From the NCBI GenBank assembly GCA_002269645.1, contig NIVC01000836.1, forward strand, positions 6,681 through 70,680: DNA of 64,000 bases, written 5' to 3'. Both the position numbers and the translations under genes were made by a program. Below the pieces are notes generated by a model, which worked only from the letters and a program-made list of their open reading frames with translations, ran no database searches and was not told the DNA's origin. This document shows, piece after piece, positions 11,669 to 23,300 of this stretch (positions within the stretch are counted from its first letter, which is position 1; every line of letters starts with the position of its first letter). The DNA comes from Macrostomum lignano (taxonomy: Eukaryota).

Positions 11669-14600
11669 TCATCTCCGACTAACCGCCCAGTAAGGAGGCG
11701 GCGGCGTGGTGGGTTGTAGCGGATAATCGCCATCCATCTGCTGGCGCCGCTGCCTCTCGTCCCACATCTCCTCTAGCACTGTGTCGTATCTTGGCGGAGA
11801 TTCTGGTTTGTCATCTTGAGCTGCTTCTGGTGCTGCTGCTGCAGACGATGATGATGAAGCTGCTGCTGCACCAGCTTCAGCTGCAGCCGCTGGTTGCTCT
11901 GCTGTGGCACCTGGATTGCCTCCAGCACCTGCCGAATGCTCTTCGACTTGGTTTCTGCGCGAAGAAGATGATTATTTATGACACATGCATGCGGTACGAG
12001 TAGTATGGATCATTCCTGCCTCTAAATTCTGTCTCAAAGTTAAATATCAAAAAAATTCCCTGTAAATTATGCTTTTAGAAGCTCTTAACTTCAAACTTCT
12101 TGTACATGTACTAACCAACTTCCAAAAGCTTAAAAGATGCCTAACTTCATATTCCTCCAAGCTAAACATTCCCCAAGCTAAACATTCTCCAAGTTAAACA
12201 TTCCCCAAGCTAAACATTCCCCAAGTTAAACATTCCCCTAGCTATAAACATTTCCCAACTTCATACTTCACTATCAAGTTTTAAAATATCCCAAAAATTT
12301 GGTCAGTTTACAACCAAGGACCACTAGGAACTCTTCGATGTAGTCTAGTCTGTCTAGTCTAGTAGTCCTTGGTTGGAAATTTTACGAACCTTCTGACGCC
12401 GCGGGACCTGACGCAGGCCTGCCAAAGGCGGATCGAAGCCACGAAACCGGAGGCCAAACCGCACACCAAGCCGAAGGTTGCCGAAGCGACCCGGGACGCG
12501 CTGGGTGGTTGGGTGGAATCAAGTGTGAGTCAAGTGTGAGTCAACTATGAGTCAAATGTGAGGAAACTGTGAGTCAACTATGAGTCAAATGTGAGGAAAC
12601 TGTGAGTCAACTATGAATCAGGTGTGAGTCAAATGTCAGTCAACTATGAATCAAGTGTGAGTCAACTATGAGTTAAGTGTGAGTCAATGTGAGTCAAGTG
12701 TAAGTCAAGTGTGAGTCAACTATGAATCAAGTGTGAGTCAAGTGTGAATCAAATGTGGGTCAACTGTGAGTCAACTATGAGTCAACTATGATTCAGATAT
12801 GAGTTTAGTCTAGTGTAAGATAGCTCTGAACTCACTCCTCCCAGAAGCTGCAGCACCTCTGTCCATCCTCCTCCCCGCAGCAGTTCACCTGGTCCTCCCG
12901 GCCCGGCTCGATCGGGCAGACGAACAGGCCATAGACAGTTCGGTTCCGGTAGAGCCACGGCTCCACCACAGAGCTGTTGTGCTCAGCCGGCAGGTCGTCA
13001 ATCACGTTGAAGCAGAGGGTGGCGCTGTCGGAGTAGTCAGAGTGGCGTCTCCGCCAGTGCCAGGTGGAGAAGAAGATGCCGCTGGTGTAGGCGCGCCTGT
13101 TCACGCGGTAACTGTAAGGAGGGGGGAGAGCAGGGCAGCTCAGCGGTACGGGGGTTCGATTCCGTGCGCAACCACAAACAGTTGGCCAGGCGGTTGTAAT
13201 GCAATTCGCAACCATGAGGGCCAGCCCCCAAGGCACAGAGAGTGTACATGCCTGACGATTAGAAAGTCAGGGCTGCTGTAAACCCTGTGTGAGCGTGTGT
13301 ATGAGTGCTGTGCCTGCGTACAGCATTGGCGCGCTTGTATGCTCAGGAGCCAGCGGAATGGCGGTATGAGTGCTTGTCTTCTAGCTGGCCCCAGTCCCCA
13401 CTAATCCAAGGTCATCAAGCACCCAATGAAGTTCACTCACGGAAATTTGCTACTAACAAACACAGACACACTTCCGGAGCTACGGAAACTGGAGCGGCTG
13501 CTCCGACTGCCGGTTGAGCTCTTGCCAATCGCGGGGCAAAGCATCAGCTCTGCGTGAGTTGCGTGGATGCTTGGGCTGAGTTTTTCTAAGTCCATGATAG
13601 ATGGAATTTCGGGTTAAGGAAAAAAGGAGAGAATAAGGAGAGTGAGAGAGATGAGAGATAGAGAGAGGAGAGAAGGAGAGGAGACAGGGAGAGAGGAAGA
13701 GAGAGGAGGGAGGGAGAGAGGATAGATAGAGGAGAGTTAGAGGAGAGAGTAGAGAGGGAGAGAGAGGAGAGAGAGAAGAGAAAGAGAGGAGAGAGAGGAG
13801 GGAGGAGATAGGGAGAAAGGGAGAGAGAGGAGAGAGAAGAGAGAGGATAGAAGAGAGAGGGAGAGAGAGAGAGGAGAGAGAAGAGAGAGGATAGAAGAGA
13901 GAGGGAGAGAGAGAGGAGAGAGAAGAGAGAGGATAGAAGAGAGAGGGAGAGAGAGGATAGAAGAGAGAGGACAGAAGAGAGAGGGAGAAAGAGGAGAGAG
14001 AAGAGAGAGGGAGAGAGAGAAGAGAGAAGAGAGAGGATAGAAGAGAGAGGACAGAAGAGAGAGGGAGAGAGAGAAGAGAGAAGAGAGAGGACAGAAGAGA
14101 GAGGATAGAAGAGAGAGAAGAGAGAGGATAGAAGAGAGAGAAGAGAGAGGATAGAAGAGAGAGAAGAGAGAGGATAGAAGAGAGAGAAGAGAGAGGACAG
14201 AAGAGAGAGGATAGAAGAGAGAGAAGAGAGAGGATAGAAGAGAGAGAAGAGAGAGGATAGAAGAGAGGGAGAGAGAGAAGAGAGAAGAGAGAGGACAGAA
14301 GAGAGAGGATAGAAGAGAGAGAAGAGAGAGGATAGAAGAGAGAGAAGAGAGAGGATAGAAGAGAGAGAAGAGAGAGGATAGAAGAGAGAGAAGAGAGAGG
14401 ATAGAAGAGAGAGAAGAGAGAGGATAGAAGAGAGAGGATAGAAGAGAGAGAAGAGAGAGGATAGAAGAGAGAGGGAGAGAGAGGAGAGAGGATAGAAGAG
14501 AGAGGGAGAGAGAGGAGAGAGGACAGAAGAGAGAGGGAGAGAGAGGAGAGAGAAGAGAGAGGACAGAAGAGAGAGGGAGAGAGAGGAGAGAGGACAGAAG

Positions 14601-14784
14601 AGAGAGGGAGAGAGGGAGAGAGAGGAGAGAGGACAGAAGAGAGAGGGAGAGAGAGGAGAGAGGACAGAAGAGAGAGGGAGATGCAGATACGCGGTAGAAG
14701 GCAAATATATCAAGCGATCTTACCAGCAGTGATAGCGATGCAGAGTGCCCAACTCACAGCAGAGATATTTCTGTTGCAAAGCAT
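11669..14784 (-). CDS. Paralog B: type-I membrane protein, CX/Shisa-like six-cysteine family (280 aa, 5 exons)
   Basis: Exons 14784-14724 (MLCNRNISAVSWALCIAITA), 13549-13441 (ELMLCPAIG-KSSTGSRSSRSS...), 13111-12836 (Cys domain), 12500-12390 (TM ASATFGLVCGLASGFVASI), 11954-11669 (tail with PPRY and PPPPY, stop TGA). GT-AG introns, phases 1,2,2,2, open frame of 843 nt. Confidence 0.88.
12517..12800. repeat. Short 10-12-bp TGAGTCA-containing tandem array in intron 3 of paralog B
   Basis: GTGTGAGTCAA / CTATGAGTCAA units; 14 perfect TGAGTCA counted. Confidence 0.9.
13625..14680. repeat. Purine-rich (AGAAGAGAGAGGAT-type) low-complexity array in intron 1 of paralog B
   Basis: Almost entirely G/A on the + strand. 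Confidence 0.93.
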
Positions 14785-15109
14785 TGCAACTCCTTAGAAG
14801 AGAACCGAGGTATTCCCAGCCACAGGAGAGAGGATGCGTGTTGATTACAAGAAGCATGCTTTAATCCACTGAAAGGTGGGGGTCAAATGCTTCTCTCTCT
14901 TGTCGTCATGGTAGCCGTTTTTTTCACTTGGTTCAGAGCACGATCCAGGAGAGAATGGGAGGCCTGTACATTCTTAGTGAATGCCCTGTGCGTACAGCAG
15001 TGTACATTCTCGTAAGTGCGTAAAAGTAGCTTTTGAAAAGTGAATTGAGACGGGAAGGGGCTGGGATAGAGGGGTGAGATTGAGGGAGACAGTAGGGAGA
15101 AGCTGATTA

Positions 15110-15752
15110 GAAGTAGATAAGGCGGGGTGAGTTCAGATGAGACAATATGAGAGAGTAGATGAGAAAAGGTGGGAGAGTAGATGAGACAGGGTGATATCAG
15201 ATGAGACGGGGGTGTGAGATAGCAGATGAGATAGGATGAGAGAATGTAGAAAACGGGGTGAAAGATTAGCTGAGACAAAGTGAGAGAATAGATGAGACTG
15301 AGTGAGACTGAGTGAGATCAGATAAGATAAAGGGAGATCAGATGAGATAAGGTGGGATCAGATGAAATAAAGTGAGATCAGATGAGATAGGGTGAGATCA
15401 GATGAGATAGGGTGAGATCAGATGAGACAGGGTGAGATCAGATGAGATAGGGTGAGATCAGATGAGATAGGGTGAGATCAGATGAGATAGGGTGAGATCA
15501 GATGAGATAGGGTGAGATCAGATGAGACAGGGTGAGATCAGATGAGATAGGGTGAGATCAGATGAGATAGGGTGAGATCAGATGAGATAGGGTGAGATCA
15601 GATGAGACAGGGTGAGATCAGATGAGATAGGGTGAGATCAGATGAGATAGGGTGAGATCAGATGAGATAGGGTGAGATCAGATGAGACAGGGTGAGATCA
15701 GATGAAATAGGGTGAGATCAGATGAGATAGGGTGAGATCAGATGAGACAGGA
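15110..15752. repeat. 20-bp minisatellite (GGGTGAGATCAGATGAGATA)n
   Basis: Clean core at about 15340-15750 with a degenerate left flank. Confidence 0.93.
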
Positions 15753-16016
15753 GTGTGTGAGAATGATATTAAGCAAGTTAAGTGGGTTTCGTGGCAAGCT
15801 AAGAGTAGGTCAGACTTTCATCAGAATTTTTTTATTTTAAACGCGATTTTGCGATCAAAACGGTCTATGCGATCAAAACAAACAAAGAATGTTATTGATA
15901 CGGAAAAGGTCACTTGCAGCTTTCATGTAGGTCCGTAGAAATTTAATTTATTTGATAAATAAACAAGCAAAAAATAACATGGGTTCAAATGATCAGCTTT
16001 AACCTTATTAGTTTTT

Positions 16017-18680
16017 CCCAATCCTCAGGTGCGTCATCTTCTCAATCCTCAGGTGGGTCATCTTCCCAATCCTCAGGTGCGTCATCTTCTCAATCCTCAG
16101 GTGGGTCATCTCCTAATCCTCAGGAGGGTCATCTCCCAATCCTCAGATGGGTCATCTCCCAATCCTCAGATGGGTCATCTTTTCAATCATCAAGTGGGTC
16201 ATCTCCCAATCCTCAGATGGGTCATCTTTTCAATCATCAAGTGGGTCATCTCCCAATCCTCAGATGGGTCATCTTCTCAATCCTCAGGTGGGTCATCTCC
16301 CAATCCTCAGATGGGTCATCTTCTCAATCATCAAGTGGGTCATCTCCCAATCCTCAGATGGGTCATCTTCTCAATCCTCAGGTGGGTCATCTTCTCAATC
16401 CTCAGGTGGGTCATCTTCTCAATCCTCAGGTGAGTCATCTTCTTAATCCTCAGGTGGGTCATCTTCTCAATCCTCAGGTGGGTCATCTCTCATCCTCAGG
16501 TGGGTCATCTTCTCAATCCTCAGGTGGGTCATCTCTCATCCTCAGGTGGGTCATCTTCTCAATCCTTCGGTGGGTCATCTTCTCAATCCTCAGATGGGTC
16601 ATCTTCTCAATCCTCAGGTGGGTCATCTCCCAATCCTCAGATGGGTCATCTTCTCAATCATCAAGTGGGTCATCTCCCAATCCTCAGATGGGTCATCTTC
16701 TCAATCATCAAGTGGGTCATCTCCCAATCCTCAGATGGGTCATCTTCTCAATCCTCAGGTGGGTCATCTTCTCAATCCTCAGGTGGGTCATCTTCTCAAT
16801 CCTCAGGTGGGTCATCTTCTCAATCCTCAGGAGGGTCATCTCCCAATCCTCAGGTGGGTCATCTTCTCAATCCTCAGGTGGGTCATCTTCTCAATCCTCA
16901 GATGGGTCATCTCTCATCCTCAGGTGGGTCATCTTCTCAATCCTCAGGTGGGTCATCTCTCATCCTCAGGTGGGTCATCTTCTCAATCCTTCGGTGGGTC
17001 ATCTTCTCAATCCTCAGATGGGTCATCTTCTCAATCCTCAGGTGGGTCATCTTCTCAATCCTCAGGTGGGTCATCTTCTCAATCCTTCGGTGGGTCATCT
17101 TCTCAATCCTCAGATGGGTCATCTTCTCAATCCTCAGGTGGGTCATCTCTCATCCTCTGGTGGGTCATCTTCTCAATCCTCAGGTGGGTCATCTCTCATC
17201 CTCAGGTGGGTCATCTTCTCAATCCTCAGGTGGGTCATCTCCCAATCCTCAGATGGGTCATCTTCTCAATCATCAAGTGGGTCATCTCCCAATCCTCAGA
17301 TGGGTCATCTTCTCAATCCTCAGGTGGGTCATCTTCTCAATCCTCAGGTGGGTCATCTTCTCAATCCTCAGGTGAGTCATCTTCTTAATCCTCAGGTGGG
17401 TCATCTTCTCAATCCTCAGGTGGGTCATCTCTCATCCTCAGGTGGGTCATCTTCTCAATCCTCAGGTGGGTCATCTTCTCAATCCTCAGGTGGGTCATCT
17501 TCTCAATCCTTCGGTGGGTCATCTTCTCAATCCTCAGATGGGTCATCTTCTCAATCCTCAGGTGGGTCATCTCTCATCCTCTGGTGGGTCATCTTCTCAA
17601 TCATCAAGTGGGTCATCTCCCAATCCTCAGATGGGTCATCTTCTCAATCATCAAGTGGGTCATCTCCCAATCCTCAGATGGGTCATCTTCTCAATCCTCA
17701 GGTGGGTCATCTTCTCAATCCTCAGGTGGGTCATCTTCTCAATCCTCAGGTGGGTCATCTTCTCAATCCTCAGGTGGGTCATCTTCTCAATCCTCAGGAG
17801 GGTCATCTCCCAATCCTCAGGTGGGTCATCTTCTCAATCCTCAGGTGGGTCATCTTCTCAATCCTCAGGTGGGTCATCTCTCATCCTCAGGTGGGTCATC
17901 TTCTCAATCCTCAGGTGGGTCATCTCTCATCCTCAGGTGGGTCATCTTCTCAATCCTCAGGTGGGTCATCTTCTCAATCCTCAGATGGGTCATCTTCTCA
18001 ATCCTCAGGTGGGTCATCTTCTCAATCCTCAGGTGGGTCATCTTCTCAATCCTCAGATGGGTCATCTTCTCAATCCTCAGGTGGGTCATCTTCTCAATCC
18101 TTCGGTGGGTCATCTTCTCAATCCTCAGATGGGTCATCTTCTCAATCCTCAGGTGGGTCATCTCTCATCCTCTGGTGGGTCATCTTCTCAATCCTCAGGT
18201 GGGTCATCTCTCATCCTCAGGTGGGTCATCTTCTCAATCCTCAGGTGGGTCATCTCCCAATCCTCAGGTGGGTCATCTTCTCAATCCTTCGGTGGGTCAT
18301 CTTCTCAATCCTCAGATGGGTCATCTTCTCAATCCTCAGGTGGGTCATCTCCCAATCCTCAGATGGGTCATCTTCTCAATCCTCAGGTGGGTCATCTTCT
18401 CAATCCTCAGGTGGGTCATCTTCTCAATCCTCAGGTGGGTCATCTTCTCAATCCTTCGGTGGGTCATCTTCTCAATCCTCAGATGGGTCATCTTCTCAAT
18501 CCTCAGGTGGGTCATCTTCTCAATCCTCAGATGGGTCATTTTCTCAATCCTCAGGTGGGTCATCTTCTCAATCCTCAGGTGGGTCATCTTCTCAATCCTT
18601 CGGTGGGTCATCTCCCTCTCCAATACTCAGGTAGGTCACTTCAAACTCTTCAGATCGGTCATCTTCCCAATCCTCAAATG
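16017..18680. repeat. 24-bp minisatellite (CAATCCTCAGGTGGGTCATCTTCT)n with 20- and 23-bp variants
   Basis: Direct inspection; it is the source of the spurious 881/465/372-aa ORFs. Confidence 0.96.
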
Positions 18681-18698
18681 CGATCAATTCGGCCGTTG

Positions 18699-21600
18699 CT
18701 AGGCCGTCGTCGGCGGACCCTTCCGTCGCACTCCGACCTTCCGCGGCGCCGGTGCCCCCGACGACGAATACGAGCACTCCTCAGGACCAGTTGGCAGAGA
18801 AGCCGCTTCGTCCATTGCTTGGTTGCGAGCGCTGAATAAGCTGGCCCGGCTGCCCGCTCCGCTGAATGGGACGGGCAAAATTATGGTTTAATATGCTGAT
18901 AGGTTTTCAGCTGCCTATGGTGAATGAGACAGGGAGAGAGTAGATGAGACAGGTAGAAGAGTAGATGAGACAGGGAGAGAGTGGATGAGACAGGGAGAGA
19001 GTAGATGAGACAGGTAGAAGAGTAGATGAGACAGGGAGAGAGTGGATGAGACAGGAAGAGAGTAGATGAGACAGGTAGAAGAGTAGATGAGACAGGTAGA
19101 AGAGTAGATGAGACATGGAGAGAGAGTATGAGACCGTGAGAGAGAGTAGATGAGGCAGGGTGACAGAGCAGATGAGACAGGGAGAGAGAGTAGATGAGGC
19201 AGGGTGGCAGAGCAGATGAGACAGGGAGAGAGAGAGTATATGAGGCAGGGTGACAGAGCAGATGAGACAGGGAGAGAGAGAGTATATGAGGCAGGGTGAC
19301 AGAGTATGAGACAGGGAGAGAGAGAGTATATGAGGCAGGGTGACAGAGTATGAGACAGGGAGAGAGAGTAGATGAGGCAGGGAGAGAGAGTAGATGAGGC
19401 AGGGAGAGAGAGTAGATGAGGCAGGGAGAGAGAGTAGATGAGGCAGGGTGGCAGAGCAGATGAGACAGGGAGAGAGAGAGAGTAGATGAGGCAGGGTGAC
19501 AGAGCAGATGAGACAGGGAGAGAGAGTAGATGAGGCAGGGTGGCAGAGCAGATGAGACAGGGAGAGAGAGAGAGTATATGAGGCAGGGTGACAGAGCAGA
19601 TGAGACAGGGAGAGAGAGAGTATATGAGGCAGGGTGACAGAGTATGAGACAGGGAGAGAGAGAGTATATGAGGCAGGGTGACAGAGTATGAGACAGGGAG
19701 AGAGAGTAGATGAGGCAGGGAGAGAGAGTAGATGAGGCAGGGAGAGAGAGTAGATGAGGCAGGGTGGCAGAGCAGATGAGACAGGGAGAGAGAGAGTAGA
19801 TGAGGCAGGGTGACAGAGCAGATGAGACAGGGAGAGAGAGAGTATATGAGGCAGGGTGACAGAGTATGAGACAGGGAGAGAGAGAGTATATGAGGCAGGG
19901 TGACAGAGTATGAGACAGGGAGAGAGAGTAGATGAGGCAGGGAGAGAGAGTAGATGAGGCAGGGTGACAGAGCAGATGAGACAGGGAGAGAGAGAGTATA
20001 TGAGGCAGGGTGACAGAGTATGAGACAGGGAGAGAGAGAGTATATGAGGCAGGGTGACAGAGTATGAGACAGGGAGAGAGAGTAGATGAGGCAGGGAGAG
20101 AGAGTAGATGAGGCAGGGTGACAGAGCAGATGAGACAGGGAGAGAGAGAGTATATGAGGCAGGGTGACAGAGCAGATGAGACAGGGAGAGAGAGTAGATG
20201 AGGCAGGGAGAGAGAGTATATGAGGCAGGGTGACAGAGTATGAGACAGGGAGAGAGAGTAGATGAGGCAGGGTGACAGAGCAGATGAGACAGGGAGAGAG
20301 AGAGTATATGAGGCAGGGTGACAGAGCAGATGAGACAGGGAGAGAGAGAGTATATGAGGCAGGGTGACAGAGTATGAGACAGGGAGAGAGAGTAGATGAG
20401 GCAGGATGACAGAGCAGATGAGGCAGGGAGAGAGAGTAGATAAGGTAGGGCGAGAGAGTAGATGAGGCAGGATGACAGAGCAGATGAGGCAGGGAGAGAG
20501 AGTAGATAAGGTAGGGCGAGAGAGTAGACTAGACAGGGAGAGAGTAGGTTAGACAGGGAGATCCAATCATTGCACTCGCTCACCTTCTCCAGCTCAGCTG
20601 TCTCCTGGACCACCTAAACAGCCATGCGGCGAACACTGAGCAGCTGATGCCAGCCAGGGCAACTCCGACAACAACTGAAGACAGCCGACTGAAGCTGCGG
20701 GTTTTCCATACAGGATTCTTCATCAAATTGGGGGAAATTATTAGTTAGAAAACAAAGAAAATAATGCATGTATTACTTACTCATCCCAGAAGGTGCAGCA
20801 CTCCTGACCGTCCTTGAAGCCGCAACAGTACACCTTGTCCAGTTGGTTATCCAACGGGCAGACGTGTAGGCCGAGTACCGTACGGTTCTGGTAGAGCCAG
20901 GGCTGCATTACTGAGTCATTTAGCCAGCTGGGCAGGTCGTGTCGCACGCTGAAGCACAGGGTCATGCTGTCGCTGTACTCTGGATGGGCTGCTCGCCAGT
21001 CCTTTGAGGCCAGAATGATGCCGAGGCGGTAGGCTGTGTACTTGGCTAGGAAGCTGGGTATGGGATTGGGTGGGTCTGTTTTGAAGCTTCCTGATTGGCT
21101 GTGGAGTTGAACTAGCCTACGCCTAGAGTAGTGAGGTGGGTCTCTTTCCAATGGAGCTCTCTGATTGGCTGTGGAGTTGAACTAGCCTACGCCTAGAGTA
21201 GTGACATGGGTCTCTTTGCAATGGAGCTCTCTGATTGGCTGTGGAGTTGACTAGCCTACGCCTAGAGTAGTGAGGTGGGTCTCTTTTTAATGGAGCTCTC
21301 TGATTTGTTGTGGAGTTGAACTTGGTCCAGGGGTATGTAGAGAGGCGAATGATATTATATTTTAGGCTAAATCAGGTGGGTGTTAAAATGATTAATATGA
21401 GTACTGCTCACGAGAACCGACTGCGGATGAGCATTGGCAGCGAGGAGAAGCCGCCGCTTCCGGACGAGCCGTAGCGGCTGTTTTTCCGAGTGCTGCCGCC
21501 GGCTCGGCTGCCTGCGCCCTTCGTACGGGGAACTCCTTTGCTGTACAAGGGGCTCGCGGCTGAAGAGCGAGTGAGATTTGTTTCAATCTGGGGGCTTCGA

Positions 21601-23300
21601 AAGTGTTCTTGGCACAAGCTTTCCTCTTTTGCCAGCCTTCTCCTCTCTCCCTCTCGACCCTCCTCTCTCCCTCTCAATTCTCCTCTCTCCCTCTTAACCC
21701 TCCTCTCTCTCCTTCTCAACCATCTCTCTCTCTCTCTCTCTCAAACCTCCTCTCTCACTCTCAACCCTCCTTTCTCTCTCTCAACCCTCCTCGCTCTCAA
21801 CCCTCCTCTCTCTCGCTCTCAACCCTCCTCTCTCGCTCTCAACCCTCCTCTCTCGCTCTCAACCCTCCTCTCTTGCTCTCAACCCTCCTTTCTCTCTGTC
21901 AACCCTCTCTCTCGTTCTCAACCCTCCTCTCTCACTCTCAACCCTCCTTTCTCTCTCTCAACCCTCCTCTCTCTCAACCCTCCTCTATCCTTCTCAATCA
22001 TCCTCAGTCTCCTTCTCAACCCTCCTCTCTCGCTTTCAACCCTCCTCTCTCTCAACCCTCCTCTCTATCCTTCTCAATCATCCTCAGTCTCCTTCTCAAC
22101 CCTCCTCTCTCGCTCTCAACCCTCCTCTCTCTCAACCCTCCTCTCTATCCTTCTCAATCATCCTCAGTCTCCTTCTCAACCCTCCTCTCTCGCTCTCAAC
22201 CCTCCTCTCTTGCTCTCAACCCTCCTTTCTCTCTGTCAACCCTCCTCTCTCCTTCTCAACCCTCCTCTCTCGCTCTCAACCCTCCTCTCTCTCGCTCTCA
22301 ACCCTCCTCTCTCGCTCTCAACCCTCCTCTCTCGCTCTCAACCCTCCTCTCTTGCTCTCAACCCTCCTTTCTCTCTGTCAACCCTCTCTCTCGTTCTCAA
22401 CCCTCCTCTCTCACTCTCAACCCTCCTTTCTCTCTCTCAACCCTCCTCTCTCTCAACCCTCCTCTCTATCCTTCTCAATCATCCTCAGTCTCCTTCTCAA
22501 CCCTCCTCTCTCGCTTTCAACCCTCCTCTCTCTCAACCCTCCTCTCTATCCTTCTCAATCATCCTCAGTCTCCTTCTCAACCCTCCTCTCTCGCTCTCAA
22601 CCCTCCTCTCTCTCAACCCTCCTCTCTATCCTTCTCAATCATCCTCAGTCTCCTTCTCAACCCTCCTCTCTCGCTCTCAACCCTCCTCTCTTGCTCTCAA
22701 CCCTCCTTTCTCTCTGTCAACCCTCCTCTCTCCTTCTCAACCCTCCTCTCTCGCTCTCAACCCTCCTCTCTCTCGCTCTCAACCCTCCTCTCTCGCTCTC
22801 AACCCTCCTCTCTCGCTCTCAACCCTCCTCTCTTGCTCTCAACCCTCCTTTCTCTCTGTCAACCCTCTCTCTCGTTCTCAACCCTCCTCTCTCACTCTCA
22901 ACCCTCCTTTCTCTCTCTCAACCCTCCTCTCTCTCAACCCTCCTCTCTATCCTTCTCAATCATCCCCAGTCTCCTTCTCAACCCTCCTCTCTCGCTCTCA
23001 ATACTCCTCTCTCGCTCTCCTTCTCCCTCTTAACCCTCCTCTCTCTCCTTCTCAACCATCTCTCTCTCTCAAACCTCCTCTCTCACTTTCAACCCTCCTC
23101 TCTCGCTCTCAACCCTCCTCTCTCCCTCTCAACCCTCCTCTCTCTCCTTCTCAACCCTCCTCTCTCGCCCTCAATCCTCCTCTCTCGCCTCCTCTTTCCC
23201 TCTCATGCATGAATCCTTCCCCGCTAAGCCAGGCTTGCAAAAATTCCTTACCAACTGAAAGCAGCAACAAAATCTGCAGAATTCTTCGAGTTCCAAGCAT
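18699..23300 (-). CDS. Paralog C: type-I membrane protein, CX/Shisa-like six-cysteine family (about 247 aa, 5 exons)
   Basis: Exons 23300-23252 (MLGTRRILQILLLLSV), 21559-21412 (KGVPRTKGAGSRAGG...), 21053-20781 (TLCF...NRT...HVCP...YCCG...ECCTFWD), 20694-20584 (TM LSSVVVGVALAGISCSVFAAWLF), 18861-18699 (short tail, no PPxY). Phases 1,2,2,2. The last exon is the least certain. Confidence 0.82.
18925..20560. repeat. Purine-rich composite minisatellite (GAGACAGGGAGAGAGAGTAGAT / GAGGCAGGGTGACAGAGCAGAT units) in intron 4 of paralog C
   Basis: Direct inspection. Confidence 0.93.
21091..21322. repeat. 70-bp tandem repeat, about 3.3 copies, in intron 2 of paralog C
   Basis: CTGATTGGCTGTGGAG starts at 21091, 21161 and 21231, with a degenerate copy near 21300. 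Confidence 0.9.
21640..23205. repeat. Pyrimidine-rich (CTCTCAACCCTCCT)n array with about 480-bp higher-order period, in intron 1 of paralog C
   Basis: The rare variant CTCGTTCTCAA recurs at about 21910, 22390 and 22870. Confidence 0.93.

Noticed and set aside
13133-13174. tRNA/SINE-like A-box (CAGCTCAGCGG) and B-box (GTTCGATTCC) motifs
   Set aside because: The boxes are only a few nt apart, there is no anticodon arm, the T-stem does not pair, and it lies in the antisense of intron 2 of paralog B; probably chance.
15989-18839. Long ORFs of 881, 465, 372, 291 and 280 aa
   Set aside because: They are translations of the 24-bp minisatellite, open in all three + frames with periodic peptides, and the strand is opposite to the flanking genes.
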